Origin: Frankiaceae bacterium
GTDB lineage: Bacteria; Actinomycetota; Actinomycetes; JAWWOL01
Length of the DNA: 64,000 nucleotides
Assembly: GCA_045807125.1 (NCBI GenBank)
Contig: JBJMHZ010000043.1
Span: forward strand, 14,357 to 78,356
Direction: 5' to 3'
A model generated the notes under the pieces. That model was not told the origin of the DNA. It did not search any database and saw nothing but the letters and a program-made list of their open reading frames with translations. The position numbers and the translations under genes are program-made. Shown piece after piece: positions 47,605 to 61,287 of this stretch (position 1 is the stretch's first letter; each line of letters opens with the position of its first letter).

Positions 47605-48981
47605 GTGCGTGACCTGGCGAGCATCGTCAAGGCGTACGACATTCGCGGCGTGGTGCCCGATGAGCTCGACGAGGGCATCGCCCGTGACGTCGGTACCGCC
47701 TTCGCGGCCATGGTGGGCGGCCCCGCTGTCGTCGTCGGCCACGACATGCGCGAGTCGAGCGGGCCGCTGTCGGCGGCGTTCGCCGAGGGCGTCACCGGGC
47801 AGGGCATCGACGTCGTCGACATGGGGCTGGCCTCGACCGACATGCTGTACTTCGCCTCCGGGTCGCTCGACCTGCCTGGCGCCCAGTTCACCGCGAGCCA
47901 CAACCCGGCCCGCTACAACGGCATCAAGCTCTGCTACGCGGGGGCCCGGCCGGTCGGGCAGGACACCGGGCTGGCCGAGATCCGCGAACGGGTCGAGGCC
48001 GGCGACGACCCGGCCCGCAGCGTGGCCGGCATCGCCGCGTCCGGCCGGCCGCGCGGCACGGTCACCCGCCGCGACCTGGTGTCCGACTACGCCGCCTACC
48101 TCAAGAAGCTCGTCGACCTGTCCGGCATCCGGCACCTGAGGGTCGCCGTCGACGCCGGCAACGGCATGGGCGGCCACACGGTCGGGGCGATCTTCGAAGG
48201 GCTGCCGATCGAGCTGATCCCGATGTACTTCGAGCTCGACGGCAACTTCCCCCACCACGAGGCCAACCCGATCGAGCCGGAGAACCTGCGCGACCTGCAG
48301 GCCAAGGTGCGCGAGACCGGGGCCGACATCGGGCTCGCGCTCGACGGCGACGCCGACCGGTGCTTCGTGGTGGACGAGCGCGGCGAGCCGGTCAGCCCGT
48401 CGGTGATCACCGCGCTGGTCGCCGTCCGCGAGCTGGCCAAGGACCCGGGCGCCACGATCATCCACAACCTCATCACGAGCCGCGCCGTCCCCGAGATCGT
48501 CGCCGAGCACGGCGGCCGGCCGGTGCGCACCCGGGTGGGGCACTCGTTCATCAAGGCCACGATGGCCGAGACCGGCGCCGTCTTCGGCGGCGAGCACTCC
48601 GGCCACTTCTACTTCCGCGACTTCTGGCGCGCCGACTCCGGCATGCTCGCGGCGCTGCACGTGCTGGCCGCCCTCGGGGAGCAGGAGCGGCCGCTCTCGG
48701 AGCTGCTGGGCGACTACCGGCGCTACGCGGCGTCCGGCGAGATCAACTCGCGGGTCGACGACCAGGCCGGCGCCGTCGACGCGCTCGAGCGGCACTTCGC
48801 GGAGCGGCAGGGGGCGGAGAGCGACCGGCTCGACGGGCTCACGGTCGCGCTGCCCGACGGTGCGTGGTTCAACGTCAGGGCGTCCAACACCGAGCCGCTG
48901 CTGCGGCTCAACGTCGAGGCACCGGACCAGCCGTCGATGGTCCGCCTGCGCGACGAGGTGCTCGAGATCATCCGGCGCTGA
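47605..48981 (+). CDS. manB: Phosphomannomutase/phosphoglucomutase
   Basis: The SD aggagg precedes GTG 47605. Motifs are AYDIRG, the active-site loop FTASHNPARYNGIK, the metal loop ALDGDADR and GGEHSGHF. Confidence 0.9.
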   Translation: MRDLASIVKAYDIRGVVPDELDEGIARDVGTAFAAMVGGPAVVVGHDMRESSGPLSAAFAEGVTGQGIDVVDMGLASTDMLYFASGSLDLPGAQFTASHNPARYNGIKLCYAGARPVGQDTGLAEIRERVEAGDDPARSVAGIAASGRPRGTVTRRDLVSDYAAYLKKLVDLSGIRHLRVAVDAGNGMGGHTVGAIFEGLPIELIPMYFELDGNFPHHEANPIEPENLRDLQAKVRETGADIGLALDGDADRCFVVDERGEPVSPSVITALVAVRELAKDPGATIIHNLITSRAVPEIVAEHGGRPVRTRVGHSFIKATMAETGAVFGGEHSGHFYFRDFWRADSGMLAALHVLAALGEQERPLSELLGDYRRYAASGEINSRVDDQAGAVDALERHFAERQGAESDRLDGLTVALPDGAWFNVRASNTEPLLRLNVEAPDQPSMVRLRDEVLEIIRR

Positions 48982-49064
48982 GCCGGGCGCGCGCCGCCGC
49001 CCGGGATCGATGAGAGGACGCCAGTGACCACCGACCGACCCCCGACGCTGATCGAGGACTGCGC

Positions 49065-49256
49065 GTGAACATCGACCCTGCTCTGCTCGCCATCCTCGCC
49101 TGCCCCGAGTGCCGGTCCCCGCTGCGGGCCGACGAGGAGGCCGAGGAGCTGGTCTGCACCGGCTGCGGGCTCGCCTACCCGGTGCGCGACGACATCCCCG
49201 TGCTGCTCGTCGACGAGGCCAGGCGCCCGAGCGGCGCCCACGGTCCGCGTACCTAG
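49065..49256 (+). CDS. Trm112-family small zinc-finger protein
   Basis: The sequence is LLAILACPECRSPLRADEEAEELVCTGCGLAYPVRDDIPVLLVDEA. It has a GTG start with the SD gaggac. Confidence 0.8.
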   Translation: MNIDPALLAILACPECRSPLRADEEAEELVCTGCGLAYPVRDDIPVLLVDEARRPSGAHGPRT

Positions 49257-49264
49257 GGGGAGGC

Positions 49265-50422
49265 GTGCCGCTTCACGAGGATCTCCTCGACGATCCCGCC
49301 TGCATCGAGGCAGGCGACGCCGGGGGGATGCTGCTCGCGCTGTCCAGCGCGGCGGCGCAGGTCCGGCAGGCGACGCACACCGCCGAGGAGGTCGGCCTGG
49401 CCAGGGTGGCCGAGGAGGGCCGGCCGCGGGCGATCGTGGTGAGCGGCGTCGGCACCGCCGCCCTCGCCGGCGATGCGCTCGGCGCGCTCGCCGGCCCGAC
49501 CGCGCCCGTGCCGATCGTGACCGTCCGCGGGCCCGACCTGCCCGGGTGGGTGGGCGCCGCCGACCTGGTCCTCGCGATCTCCCACTCCGGCTCGACCCAG
49601 GCCACCCTCGCCGTCTTCGACGAGGCCAACCGGCGCGGCTGCCGGCTGATCACCATCGGTGCGCCCGGCTCGCCGCTGGCCGAGCGGGCCGTGCAGGCGA
49701 GGGGCATCCACGTCCCCGTCCGCCGCGGCGCCACCCAGCGGGCCAGCTTCTGGTCGCTCACGATGCCGGTCCTGGTGGCCGCCGACCACCTGCGGCTCGC
49801 GCACGTCCCGGCCTCCGACATCGAGGCGGCGGCCGACGCGCTCGCCGCCTGCTCGGAGCAGTGCCGCCCGTCGAGCGAGTCGTTCGTCAACCCGGCGAAG
49901 TCGGCCGCCCTCGCGCTGGCCGGCTCGGTGCCGCTGCTGTGGGGCACCAGCCCGATCGCCGCCGTGGCGGCGGCGCGCTTCGCGAGCCAGCTCGCCGACA
50001 ACGCGAAGTACCCGGCGGTGACGATGCCGGCGTACGACGCCGGCCACGGGCAGTTGCCGGCCCTCGACGGCGCCTTCGGCACGCGGTCCAGCGGCGAGGA
50101 CGACGTCGGCACCCTCGACAGCTTCTTCCGCGACCGGGTCGAGGACCCCCTCGACGCCACCAGGCTGCGGCTCGTGCTGCTGCGCGACGTCGTCGAGCAG
50201 CAGCTCATCGCGGCGCGGGCGCAGGCCACCCTCGACATCGTCGCCGAGCGCGGGCTGCCGGTGACCGTGATGACCGCCGAGGGCACCTCGCCGCTCACCC
50301 GGCTGGCCGGTCTGGTCGGCTTCGGCGACTACGTCTCGGTCTACCTCGCGCTGCTGCTAGGCATCGACCCCACGCCCGTGCCCTTCGCCGGCGACCTGGC
50401 CGATCGCATCCTGGTCACATGA
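49265..50422 (+). CDS. SIS-domain protein (bifunctional phosphoglucose/phosphomannose isomerase-like)
   Basis: Motifs are IVVSGVGTAALAGD, LVLAISHSGSTQATL and GYVSVYLALLLGIDP-type C-terminus. The SD gggggagg precedes GTG 49265. Confidence 0.7.
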   Translation: MPLHEDLLDDPACIEAGDAGGMLLALSSAAAQVRQATHTAEEVGLARVAEEGRPRAIVVSGVGTAALAGDALGALAGPTAPVPIVTVRGPDLPGWVGAADLVLAISHSGSTQATLAVFDEANRRGCRLITIGAPGSPLAERAVQARGIHVPVRRGATQRASFWSLTMPVLVAADHLRLAHVPASDIEAAADALAACSEQCRPSSESFVNPAKSAALALAGSVPLLWGTSPIAAVAAARFASQLADNAKYPAVTMPAYDAGHGQLPALDGAFGTRSSGEDDVGTLDSFFRDRVEDPLDATRLRLVLLRDVVEQQLIAARAQATLDIVAERGLPVTVMTAEGTSPLTRLAGLVGFGDYVSVYLALLLGIDPTPVPFAGDLADRILVT

Positions 50423-51384
50423 GCGCGAGCGGCGGGACCAAGGCCGTCGTCGCAGCCCTCGCGGCCAACCTGGGCATCGCGGTCAGCAAGTTCGTCGGCT
50501 GGGCGCTGACCGGGTCGAGCTCGATGCTGGCCGAGGCCGTGCACTCGGTGGTCGACTCCGGCAACCAGGTGCTGCTGCTCGTCGGTGGCCGCCGGGCCAG
50601 GCGCGCGGCCGACGAGGAGCATCCGTTCGGCTACGGCCAGGACCGCTACTTCTACGCCTTCGTGGTGTCGCTCGTGCTGTTCAGCCTCGGCGGGGCCTTC
50701 GCGATCTACGAGGGCGTCCAGAAGATCCAGCACCCGCACCACATCGACGCCCCGGCGGTGGCGATCGCGATCCTCGGCGTCGCGGTGGTGCTCGAGTCGC
50801 TGTCGTTCCGCACCGCGTTCCGCGAGGCGCAGCCGCTGCGCGGCGACGCCAGCTGGTGGCACTTCATCCGGCGCACCAAGAGCCCGGAGCTGCCGGTCGT
50901 GCTGCTCGAGGACAGCGGGGCGCTGATCGGCCTCGTCCTCGCCCTCTGCGGCGTGCTGCTCACCGTGGCGACCGGCGACGGCGCCTGGGACGGCATCGGG
51001 ACGCTGTGCATCGGGCTGCTGCTCGCCGGCATCGCCGTCGTGCTCTCCGGCGAGATGAAGAGCCTGCTCATCGGCGAGGGCGCGGCGCGCGGCCAGGTCG
51101 AGGCGATCCGCAGCGCCCTCGTCGGCGACGGCGGGACGTTCTCGCGGGTGATCCACCTCCGTACGCTGCACCTCGGCCCGGACGAGCTGCTGGTGGCCGC
51201 CAAGCTCGCCGTCGAGCCGTCCCTGGAGCTGCCGCAGGTGGCGTCGGCCATCGACCGGGCGGAGGCGCGGGTGCGCAGCGCGGTGCCGATCGCCCGCCTG
51301 ATCTACATCGAGCCCGACGTCGACCGGTCGAGCAGCCGCTCGCTCGCCGATCCGCCGGCCGAGACCCACCCCTCGCAAGGGTGA
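50419..51384 (+). CDS. Cation diffusion facilitator (CDF) family metal efflux transporter
   Basis: It is ATGA-coupled to the SIS gene. Motifs are AVVAALAANLGIAVSKFV, LAEAVHSVVDSGNQ and HPFGYGQDRYF. Confidence 0.85.
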   Translation: MSASGGTKAVVAALAANLGIAVSKFVGWALTGSSSMLAEAVHSVVDSGNQVLLLVGGRRARRAADEEHPFGYGQDRYFYAFVVSLVLFSLGGAFAIYEGVQKIQHPHHIDAPAVAIAILGVAVVLESLSFRTAFREAQPLRGDASWWHFIRRTKSPELPVVLLEDSGALIGLVLALCGVLLTVATGDGAWDGIGTLCIGLLLAGIAVVLSGEMKSLLIGEGAARGQVEAIRSALVGDGGTFSRVIHLRTLHLGPDELLVAAKLAVEPSLELPQVASAIDRAEARVRSAVPIARLIYIEPDVDRSSSRSLADPPAETHPSQG

Positions 51385-51409
51385 CAGCCTGCTGGTAAGG
51401 TTGGCCTCG

Positions 51410-54529
<3,120 letters not shown>

Positions 54530-54634
54530 CCGGTCGATCTCCGGCCGATTTCCGGCGCGTGGTGAGCATCTGCGATCGTTGGGGAACGGAAGGACTGCTG
54601 CGGCGCGGGTCGGCGCGCCGAGGTAAGGGATGCG

Positions 54635-56188
54635 GTGGTGCGCACCATGCCGTTGAGCGCTGACGCGCCGGTCGAGTCGGTGCCGCTCGCTGGCCCCGTG
54701 CCCGCGGCGCGGGGCGGGGGCGGTCGCTTCGTCGCGGCCGGCTTCGTCCTGGCCGTGGTGCTCGCCGGCGCGGTGCTGCGCTTCCTGTCCTCCGGGCCGC
54801 TCTGGCTCGACGAGGCGCAGTCGGTCGCCATCGCGAGGCGCTCGCTGCCGCGCCTGTTCGAGCTGCTCCGCCACGACGGCTCGCCGCCGCTGTACTACCT
54901 GCTGCTGCACTACTGGATCGGCGCGCTCGGCACCGGGACGTTCGCCGTGCGGGCGCTCTCGGCCGTGCTGTCGGTCGCCACGCTGCCGCTGCTCTGGCTG
55001 CTCGCCACCCGGCTGCTCGACCGGGCGTACGCGGCGCTCGCAGTGGTGCTGCTCGCGTCGTCGCCGTTCGCGATCCGCTACGCGAGCGAGACGCGGATGT
55101 ACGCGCTCGTCGTCCTGCTGACCGCCCTGGGCGGCCTGGCCCTGCTCTCGACGCTGCGATCGGCGTCGGCGCGAGCGGCGGCCGGGCTCGCCCTCGTGAC
55201 CGCCGCGCTGCTGCTCACCCACTACTGGGCGGTCTTCCTCATCGGCGCCACCCTCGCCGGCCTGCTGCCCGGTGCCCTGCGCCGCCGCCGGGGCCACCTC
55301 GTCGCGCTGGCCGGCATCGCGGCCGGCGGCGTGCCGGTGCTGCCCTGGGTGCCGGCGCTGCTGTTCCAGCTGCGCCACACCGGCACCCCGTGGGCCAAGC
55401 CGAGATGGCGCGACATCGCGCCGGCGCTGCGGGACTGGGCCGGCGGCGCCAGCCGCATCGCCGACGTCCTCGCCGCGCTGCTGCTCTGCCTGACCGTCGC
55501 CGGGCTCGTCGCCGCGCGGCGCACCGGCATCGTGGGGCGGCGGACCGGCGCGCTGGCGGCCGGCACGATCGCCGTCGCCACGGCGGCGAGCCTGCTGACC
55601 GGCGGAGCGCTGATGAGCCGCTACACCTCGGTGGCCGTGGTGCCGTTCGTCCTCGTGACGGCGGCCGGCGCGCGGGCCGGCCGGCGGCGGTACGCCGCGC
55701 TCACCGCCGCCGCGACGGTGGCCGTCGCGGGGCTCGGGCTCGCCCAGGGAGCCCGCCAGGCCGGGCACCCGCGCAGCTCGGCGGACAAGATCGCGGCCGA
55801 GCTCGCGCAGGCCGACCCCGCCAGGGACGTCGCGGTGATCTGCCCGGACCAGCTCGGCCCCGACACCTACCGCCTGGTCACCGACGGCCTGCGCCTCGTC
55901 ACCTACCCGACCGGTGCCGCCGCCGAGTGGGTCGACTGGGTCGACTACAAGCGGCGGGCGCAGTCCGAGCAACCGGCCGCGTACGCCGGCCGGCTGGTGG
56001 CCGGGCTGCCGCGCGGCGGCGCGGTCTGGGTCGTGATGGAGTTCCACGACCCGGCCTACCCGGGCAGCTGCGGGCCGCTGCTGCCCGAGCTGGCCGGGCG
56101 CCTCGGCCTGCCGTCGGCCGGGCTGATCACCGAGGGCCTGTCGGGGGGCAGCGTCTACGTCCTGCGCTACCCGCCGGCGCGCCGGTGA
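54635..56188 (+). CDS. GT-C-fold glycosyltransferase (GT39/PMT_2, ArnT-like)
   Basis: It is polytopic. The first extracytoplasmic loop motif is GPLWLDEAQSV (the D-E motif of the PMT_2 family), followed by YYLLLHYW. Confidence 0.7.
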   Translation: MVRTMPLSADAPVESVPLAGPVPAARGGGGRFVAAGFVLAVVLAGAVLRFLSSGPLWLDEAQSVAIARRSLPRLFELLRHDGSPPLYYLLLHYWIGALGTGTFAVRALSAVLSVATLPLLWLLATRLLDRAYAALAVVLLASSPFAIRYASETRMYALVVLLTALGGLALLSTLRSASARAAAGLALVTAALLLTHYWAVFLIGATLAGLLPGALRRRRGHLVALAGIAAGGVPVLPWVPALLFQLRHTGTPWAKPRWRDIAPALRDWAGGASRIADVLAALLLCLTVAGLVAARRTGIVGRRTGALAAGTIAVATAASLLTGGALMSRYTSVAVVPFVLVTAAGARAGRRRYAALTAAATVAVAGLGLAQGARQAGHPRSSADKIAAELAQADPARDVAVICPDQLGPDTYRLVTDGLRLVTYPTGAAAEWVDWVDYKRRAQSEQPAAYAGRLVAGLPRGGAVWVVMEFHDPAYPGSCGPLLPELAGRLGLPSAGLITEGLSGGSVYVLRYPPARR

Positions 56189-57330
56189 GCCGGCCGGGCC
56201 CCACCGCCCTCGAGCGGCCGGCCGCCACCGCCCAGCCGCCGGCACCGGCGGCCCCGCCGCGCTCGGCGCTCGCCGTCGCCCTGCTGCCGTGGGTGGTCTC
56301 CCGCGCGCTCGCCGGCGTGGCGCTCGCGGTCGTCGCGCTCACCCATGACCACCTGCCGGCCGCCGGCAACGCCCCGCACCCGACGGGCCTGTTCGCCTGG
56401 GACGGCGCGTGGTACCGCCACCTCGCCGTCGACGGCTACCGGGCGACCGAGGACTGGCGGTTCTTCCCGCTCGTACCGATGCTCGGCCGGCTGCTCGCCC
56501 CCGCGCTCGGCGGCAGCGTCGACGCGGCGCTGCTCGTGGTCTGCAACGTCGCGGCGCTCGGCTACCTCGCGCTGCTGGTCCGCCTCGTGCGCACCGAGCT
56601 GGGGGAGGGGCCGTGGGTCGCCAGGTCGGCGTGGCTGGCCTGCCTCGCGCCCGGCGCCTCCGCCCTCGCGCTGCCCTACACCGAGGCGGTGGCCGGCCTG
56701 CTCGCCGTCGGCTTCTTCCTCGCGCTCCGGGCCCGCCGCCCCGGCCTCGCGGCGGCGGCCGGCTTCCTCTGCGGCCTGGCCCGCCCGACCGGCCTGCTGC
56801 TCGCGGTGCCCGCCCTCGTGGTCGCCGCCCGCGCGCGGCGGCGCTCGCCCCGGCTGGCCCTGGCCGCGCTGGGCGCCGCCGCCGCCCCCGTCCTCGGCAC
56901 GGCGCTGTTCTGCGCCGGCGCCTGGTACCGCACCGGCCGGCCACTGCTGCCCTACACCGCGCAGACCCACCACGGCCTGCGCGGTGGCGTGGTGCGCAAC
57001 CCGTTCCTCGCACCGTTCTCCAGCCACCCGTTCGGGCTGCCGTGGCCGGCCACGGTCGCCTTCCTCGTCGCGGCCGTCGCGCTGGTCGCCGTCGCGCTGC
57101 ACCGGCTGCCGCTGCCGTACGGGCTCTGGTCGGCCGCCGTGGTCTTCCTCGCCGTGAGCTCGTCGGACGACCACTCGCTGCCCCGCTACCTGAGCGCGGC
57201 GTTCCCGCTGCTGATGGCCGCCGCGCTGTGGGCGCGCGACCGGCGCCGGTGGGCGGCGGTGGCCGCGAGCAGCGCGGCGGGCTTCGTCGCGCTGGCCGTC
57301 CTCGGCCTCACCGCCGGGTACATCCCGTGA
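56185..57330 (+). CDS. Polytopic membrane protein, PIG-V/GT76-like mannosyltransferase candidate
   Basis: It is GTGA-coupled to the upstream gene. It has the block LFAWDGAWYRHLAVDGY and about 8 further TM helices. Confidence 0.55.
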   Translation: MSRPGPTALERPAATAQPPAPAAPPRSALAVALLPWVVSRALAGVALAVVALTHDHLPAAGNAPHPTGLFAWDGAWYRHLAVDGYRATEDWRFFPLVPMLGRLLAPALGGSVDAALLVVCNVAALGYLALLVRLVRTELGEGPWVARSAWLACLAPGASALALPYTEAVAGLLAVGFFLALRARRPGLAAAAGFLCGLARPTGLLLAVPALVVAARARRRSPRLALAALGAAAAPVLGTALFCAGAWYRTGRPLLPYTAQTHHGLRGGVVRNPFLAPFSSHPFGLPWPATVAFLVAAVALVAVALHRLPLPYGLWSAAVVFLAVSSSDDHSLPRYLSAAFPLLMAAALWARDRRRWAAVAASSAAGFVALAVLGLTAGYIP

Positions 57331-57452
57331 GCGCCCGGCGCGCGCCCCGGCCGCCGGCCTCGCACGCCGGGCCGGCCGCCCCACTTGTTTACGATCATCG
57401 GGGTCGGAAAAGAGCCCGTTGGACCCCCGTGCCGAGGCCCTGCGAGGTAGCC

Positions 57453-58979
57453 GTGGTCGACAGCCTGCAGGGGCGCTCCTCGACTGCCGTCGACGACGCG
57501 CCCCCGCCGGCCCGTCGCCTCTCCCGCACCGGCCCGGCCCCGAGCCCCAAGGGCGACCGCGCGAGTGGCCGCCGGCGCATCGGCCGGCCGTGGTGGTGGG
57601 TGACCGGCGCGGCCGCCGCTCTCGGCGCGGCCTCCCTCCTGCTCGCCCGCACCCCGACGTTCGACCCGCTGACCTGGGCCGTCTGGGGCCGCGAGCTCGC
57701 CCACGGGCAGCTCAGCACGGCCGGGGACGGCGCGTCGTTCAAGCCGCTGCCGGTGCTCGCCGACGCGCTGGTGGCGACGCTGCGCGGCGATCCCACGGTC
57801 GTCTGGGTCGCCGTCAGCCGGGCCGCGGCGCTCCTCGCGCTGGCGCTCGCCTTCGCGCTCGGCCGGCGGCTCGGCGGCCTCGTCGCCGGGGGCGTGGCGG
57901 CGGTCGTCCTCGCGCTCTCGCCCGGCTTCGCGTGGCTGTCCGGCGCCGGCATGGCCGAGCCGCTGGAGATGGCGGCGACGCTCGCCGCCGTGCTGTCCTG
58001 GGTGAACGGCCGCAGGGGGGCGGCCGTGGCCGCGCTCACCGTGCTGTCGTTGCTGCGCCCCGAGGCATGGCCGCTGCTCGCGGTCGCCGCCCTGGTGACG
58101 GCCGGCGCCTCGCTGCGCCGGCTGGCCGGCGCGGTGCTGCTCGGCGCGCTGGTGCTGGTCGCGTGGTTCGTGCCGGAGTACGCCGGCTCCGGCGACCTGC
58201 TGCGCACGGTCCACCGGGCCGGCGTGGTGACCAACGGCGGGCCGGGCGCGGCCCGCGTGCCGGCCCTCGCGCTGCTCGGCAGCGTGCCCGACGTGCTGCT
58301 CACGCCCATGGTGGTCGCCGCCGTCGCGACCACGGTCGGCTACGCCGTGCGCGCCGTCCGCGGCGGTGATGCCGTCGCGAGAGGCGTGACGCTGACGGCA
58401 ACGGTGGCCACCGTGTGGCTGGCCATCCTGACCGTCATGACGCAGGCGCACTACTCGACGGGGGCGATGCGCTACCTCGCGCCGTTCATCGCGCTGCTCG
58501 CCGTCCTGGCCGGTTGCGGCTGCGGCGCGCTGCCGCGGTTGCTGCGCCACCGCGGCACCGGCGCGCCGCTCGTGCGCGCGGCGGCCGCGGCGGTGCTCGC
58601 CGCCCTCGCGGTCACCTCGGCGCTCGTCGCGGTCGGGGCCGTGCACCGCACGGCCGACGAGGAGCTGCGCGCCGTCGGCTCCGCCCAGCGGACCGCCGAG
58701 GCGCTGCGCGCGGTCGTGTCCGCGGCCGGCGGCAGGCAGGTGCTCAACGACTGCGGCCCGGTCACCACCGGGCCGTACGAGGTGCCGCTCGTCGCCTGGA
58801 CGCTGCACCGCCACCTGAGCTCGGTGAGCTACGGCAGGGCAACGACCGGTACGGTGGTCGTTGTCGGCAGCGACCCGGTCCAGCAGGACGGCCTGGTCGC
58901 GCGGGGCAGCGTCGAGCGGACACCGTGGACGCTGCGGTCGACCTGCCCGGCGGTCGCGGGCGCGGGGGGCGCGCCGTGA
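57453..58979 (+). CDS. Polytopic membrane protein of unknown function (possible third GT-C-like enzyme)
   Basis: It has more than 10 TM helices after a basic N-terminus ([24 protein letters not shown]). It has a soluble C-terminal ~110 aa. The start is tentative (GTG 57453). Confidence 0.5.
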   Translation: MVDSLQGRSSTAVDDAPPPARRLSRTGPAPSPKGDRASGRRRIGRPWWWVTGAAAALGAASLLLARTPTFDPLTWAVWGRELAHGQLSTAGDGASFKPLPVLADALVATLRGDPTVVWVAVSRAAALLALALAFALGRRLGGLVAGGVAAVVLALSPGFAWLSGAGMAEPLEMAATLAAVLSWVNGRRGAAVAALTVLSLLRPEAWPLLAVAALVTAGASLRRLAGAVLLGALVLVAWFVPEYAGSGDLLRTVHRAGVVTNGGPGAARVPALALLGSVPDVLLTPMVVAAVATTVGYAVRAVRGGDAVARGVTLTATVATVWLAILTVMTQAHYSTGAMRYLAPFIALLAVLAGCGCGALPRLLRHRGTGAPLVRAAAAAVLAALAVTSALVAVGAVHRTADEELRAVGSAQRTAEALRAVVSAAGGRQVLNDCGPVTTGPYEVPLVAWTLHRHLSSVSYGRATTGTVVVVGSDPVQQDGLVARGSVERTPWTLRSTCPAVAGAGGAP

Positions 58980-59145
58980 CCGGGAGGGGCGCCGCGCGGG
59001 CAACGGGCCCGGGCCCTGGGGTTTCCGCCCCCGGGTGCCGGGCAGCAGGGCTCAGCACCGGCGCCGCCCCATCCTCGGGAGGGCGTCGCGCGGGCCGGCG
59101 CCCGGCAGGCAATCAGCACGGCAGCAGGTAACGAGCGGAGGACAG

Positions 59146-60702
59146 ATGACCGACCGGGAGGTCGCCGGCAGGACCGGCCTGGCGCCGCGAGTCGTGGTGA
59201 TCGGGGCGGGGCCGGCGGGACTGACGGCGGCTTACGAGCTGGTCCGTCGCGGGGCGCGGCCGGTCGTCCTCGAGGCCGACGACGTGGTCGGCGGCATCTC
59301 GCGCACCGTCGAGCGCGACGGCTGGCGCTTCGACATCGGCGGCCACCGCTTCTTCACCAAGGTCGACGAGGTCGAGCGGCTCTGGCACGAGATCCTGCCC
59401 GACGAGGACTTCCTCACCCGGCCACGGCTGTCGCGCATCTACTACAACGGCAAGCTGTTCGACTACCCGCTGCGCGCCGGCAACGCGCTGCGGGGCCTCG
59501 GCCCGATAGAGGCCGTCCGGTCGGTCGCCTCGTACGTCGCCGCGAGGGTGCGGCCGCCGGCCGACCAGACGACGTTCGAGGGGTGGACCGTCGCGCGGTT
59601 CGGCCGGCGCCTCTACGGCATCTTCTTCAAGACCTACACCGAGAAGGTGTGGGGCGTGCCGGCGAGCGAGATCCAGGCCGACTGGGCGGCGCAGCGCATC
59701 AAGAACATGTCGCTCGCCACGGCGGTCATCCGCTCGCTGCTGCCGAAGCGCAAGCGCACCGACGTCACCAGCCTGATCGAGGAGTTCCAGTATCCGAAGC
59801 ACGGCCCCGGCATGATGTGGGAGCGCTGCCGCGACCTCGTCGAGGCGCGCGGCGGCACCGTCGTCCTCGGCGCCCGCGTGACCTCGGTCGAGCGGCAGGA
59901 CGGCCGTGTCGTCGCGGTGCATGCGGTGCTCGACGGCGAGCCGCGCCGCTACCCGTGCGACCACGTGGTGTCCTCGATGCCGCTCGGCTCGTTCGTCCAC
60001 GCGCTCGACCCCGGTGACCCGGCCGTCGAGGCGGCGGCCGACGGGCTGCGCCACCGCGACTTCCTGACCGTCGCGCTCGTCGTGCCGCAGGACGCCGGCT
60101 TCCCCGACAACTGGATCTACGTGCACAGCCCCGACGTGCGCGTCGGCCGCATCCAGAACTTCGGCTCGTGGTCGCCGTACATGGTGAAGGACGGCCGCAC
60201 CTGCCTCGGGCTCGAGTACTTCGTCAACGAGGGCGACGACCTCTGGACGATGCCGGACGACGAGCTCGTCGAGCTCGGCAAGCGCGAGCTCGCCACGCTC
60301 GGGCTGGTCGACGCCGACCGCGTCGAGCTCGGGCACGTCGTACGGATGCCGAAGGCCTATCCGGTCTACGACGCCACCTACCGGGACAACGTCGAGACGC
60401 TGCGCAAGTGGCTCGCCGCCGAGGCGCGGGGCGCCCACCCGGTGGGGCGCAACGGCATGCACCGCTACAACAACCAGGACCACTCGATGCTCACCGCCGT
60501 GCTCTCGGTCGAGAACATCTACGGCGCCGCGCACGACATCTGGGCGGTCAACGTCGAGGAGGAGTACCACGAGGAGCGGGAGGCAGGGGCCGCACGGCCG
60601 GCACGGCCGGCGGGGTCGGGCACCGGGCGCGACGCGCCCATCCTGCCGCTGCCGAAGCCGGCCGCCGTCCCGGCCGCCAGCGAGGCGCCGGCGTCATCGT
60701 GA
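59146..60702 (+). CDS. FAD/NAD(P)-dependent oxidoreductase (amine-oxidase / UDP-galactopyranose-mutase-like fold)
   Basis: The SD ggagga precedes ATG 59146. Motifs are [17 protein letters not shown] (GxGxxG), [10 protein letters not shown] and [15 protein letters not shown]. The C-terminal tail is Pro/Ala-rich. Confidence 0.75.
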   Translation: MTDREVAGRTGLAPRVVVIGAGPAGLTAAYELVRRGARPVVLEADDVVGGISRTVERDGWRFDIGGHRFFTKVDEVERLWHEILPDEDFLTRPRLSRIYYNGKLFDYPLRAGNALRGLGPIEAVRSVASYVAARVRPPADQTTFEGWTVARFGRRLYGIFFKTYTEKVWGVPASEIQADWAAQRIKNMSLATAVIRSLLPKRKRTDVTSLIEEFQYPKHGPGMMWERCRDLVEARGGTVVLGARVTSVERQDGRVVAVHAVLDGEPRRYPCDHVVSSMPLGSFVHALDPGDPAVEAAADGLRHRDFLTVALVVPQDAGFPDNWIYVHSPDVRVGRIQNFGSWSPYMVKDGRTCLGLEYFVNEGDDLWTMPDDELVELGKRELATLGLVDADRVELGHVVRMPKAYPVYDATYRDNVETLRKWLAAEARGAHPVGRNGMHRYNNQDHSMLTAVLSVENIYGAAHDIWAVNVEEEYHEEREAGAARPARPAGSGTGRDAPILPLPKPAAVPAASEAPASS

Positions 60703-61286
60703 GCCGCGTCCCGCTCGAGCCCGTGACCGCGACGGTGCCGGACGCGCCGGCCCCGCCGGTCGCTCCTGTCCGGTTCGCCGACGGGATCGTCGCCCGGCTG
60801 CGCAGGCGCACCAGCAGCCGCGTCGGCGAGGTGCTGAGCTTCGGCATCATCGGTGCGTTCAACACGATCGTCGACATCGCGGTCTTCAACGTGATGCTCG
60901 GCTGGGTGCTGCCCAGCAAGCCGTTGCTCGACAAGGGCGTGTCCATCGCGGTCGCGACCGCCCTCGCCTACGCGATGAACCGCAACATCACCTGGGCCGA
61001 GCGCGCGCGCACCGGGGTGCGCCGCGAGCTGCCGCTGTTCGCGGCGCTGTCCCTCGTGGGGCTGGGCATCTCCGAGACGGCGCTCGCCATCTCGCACTAC
61101 GGGCTGGGTCACACGTCGGTGCTCGCCGACAACATCGCGGCCAACGTGGTGGGGCTGGTGCTCGCCTCCGCATGGCGGTTCTGGTCCTTCCGCCGGTGGG
61201 TCTTCCCGCCGGCCGAGCTGATCGACGACGACGTGCTCCCGACGGAGCCGCGGCTGCGGGAGCGCGACAGCACCAAGGTCGCGTGA
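60699..61286 (+). CDS. GtrA-family membrane protein (polyprenyl-phosphate-sugar handling)
   Basis: It is GTGA-coupled to the oxidoreductase. Motifs are [22 protein letters not shown] and ...[10 protein letters not shown]. Confidence 0.8.
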   Translation: MSRVPLEPVTATVPDAPAPPVAPVRFADGIVARLRRRTSSRVGEVLSFGIIGAFNTIVDIAVFNVMLGWVLPSKPLLDKGVSIAVATALAYAMNRNITWAERARTGVRRELPLFAALSLVGLGISETALAISHYGLGHTSVLADNIAANVVGLVLASAWRFWSFRRWVFPPAELIDDDVLPTEPRLRERDSTKVA

Positions 61287-61287
61287 G

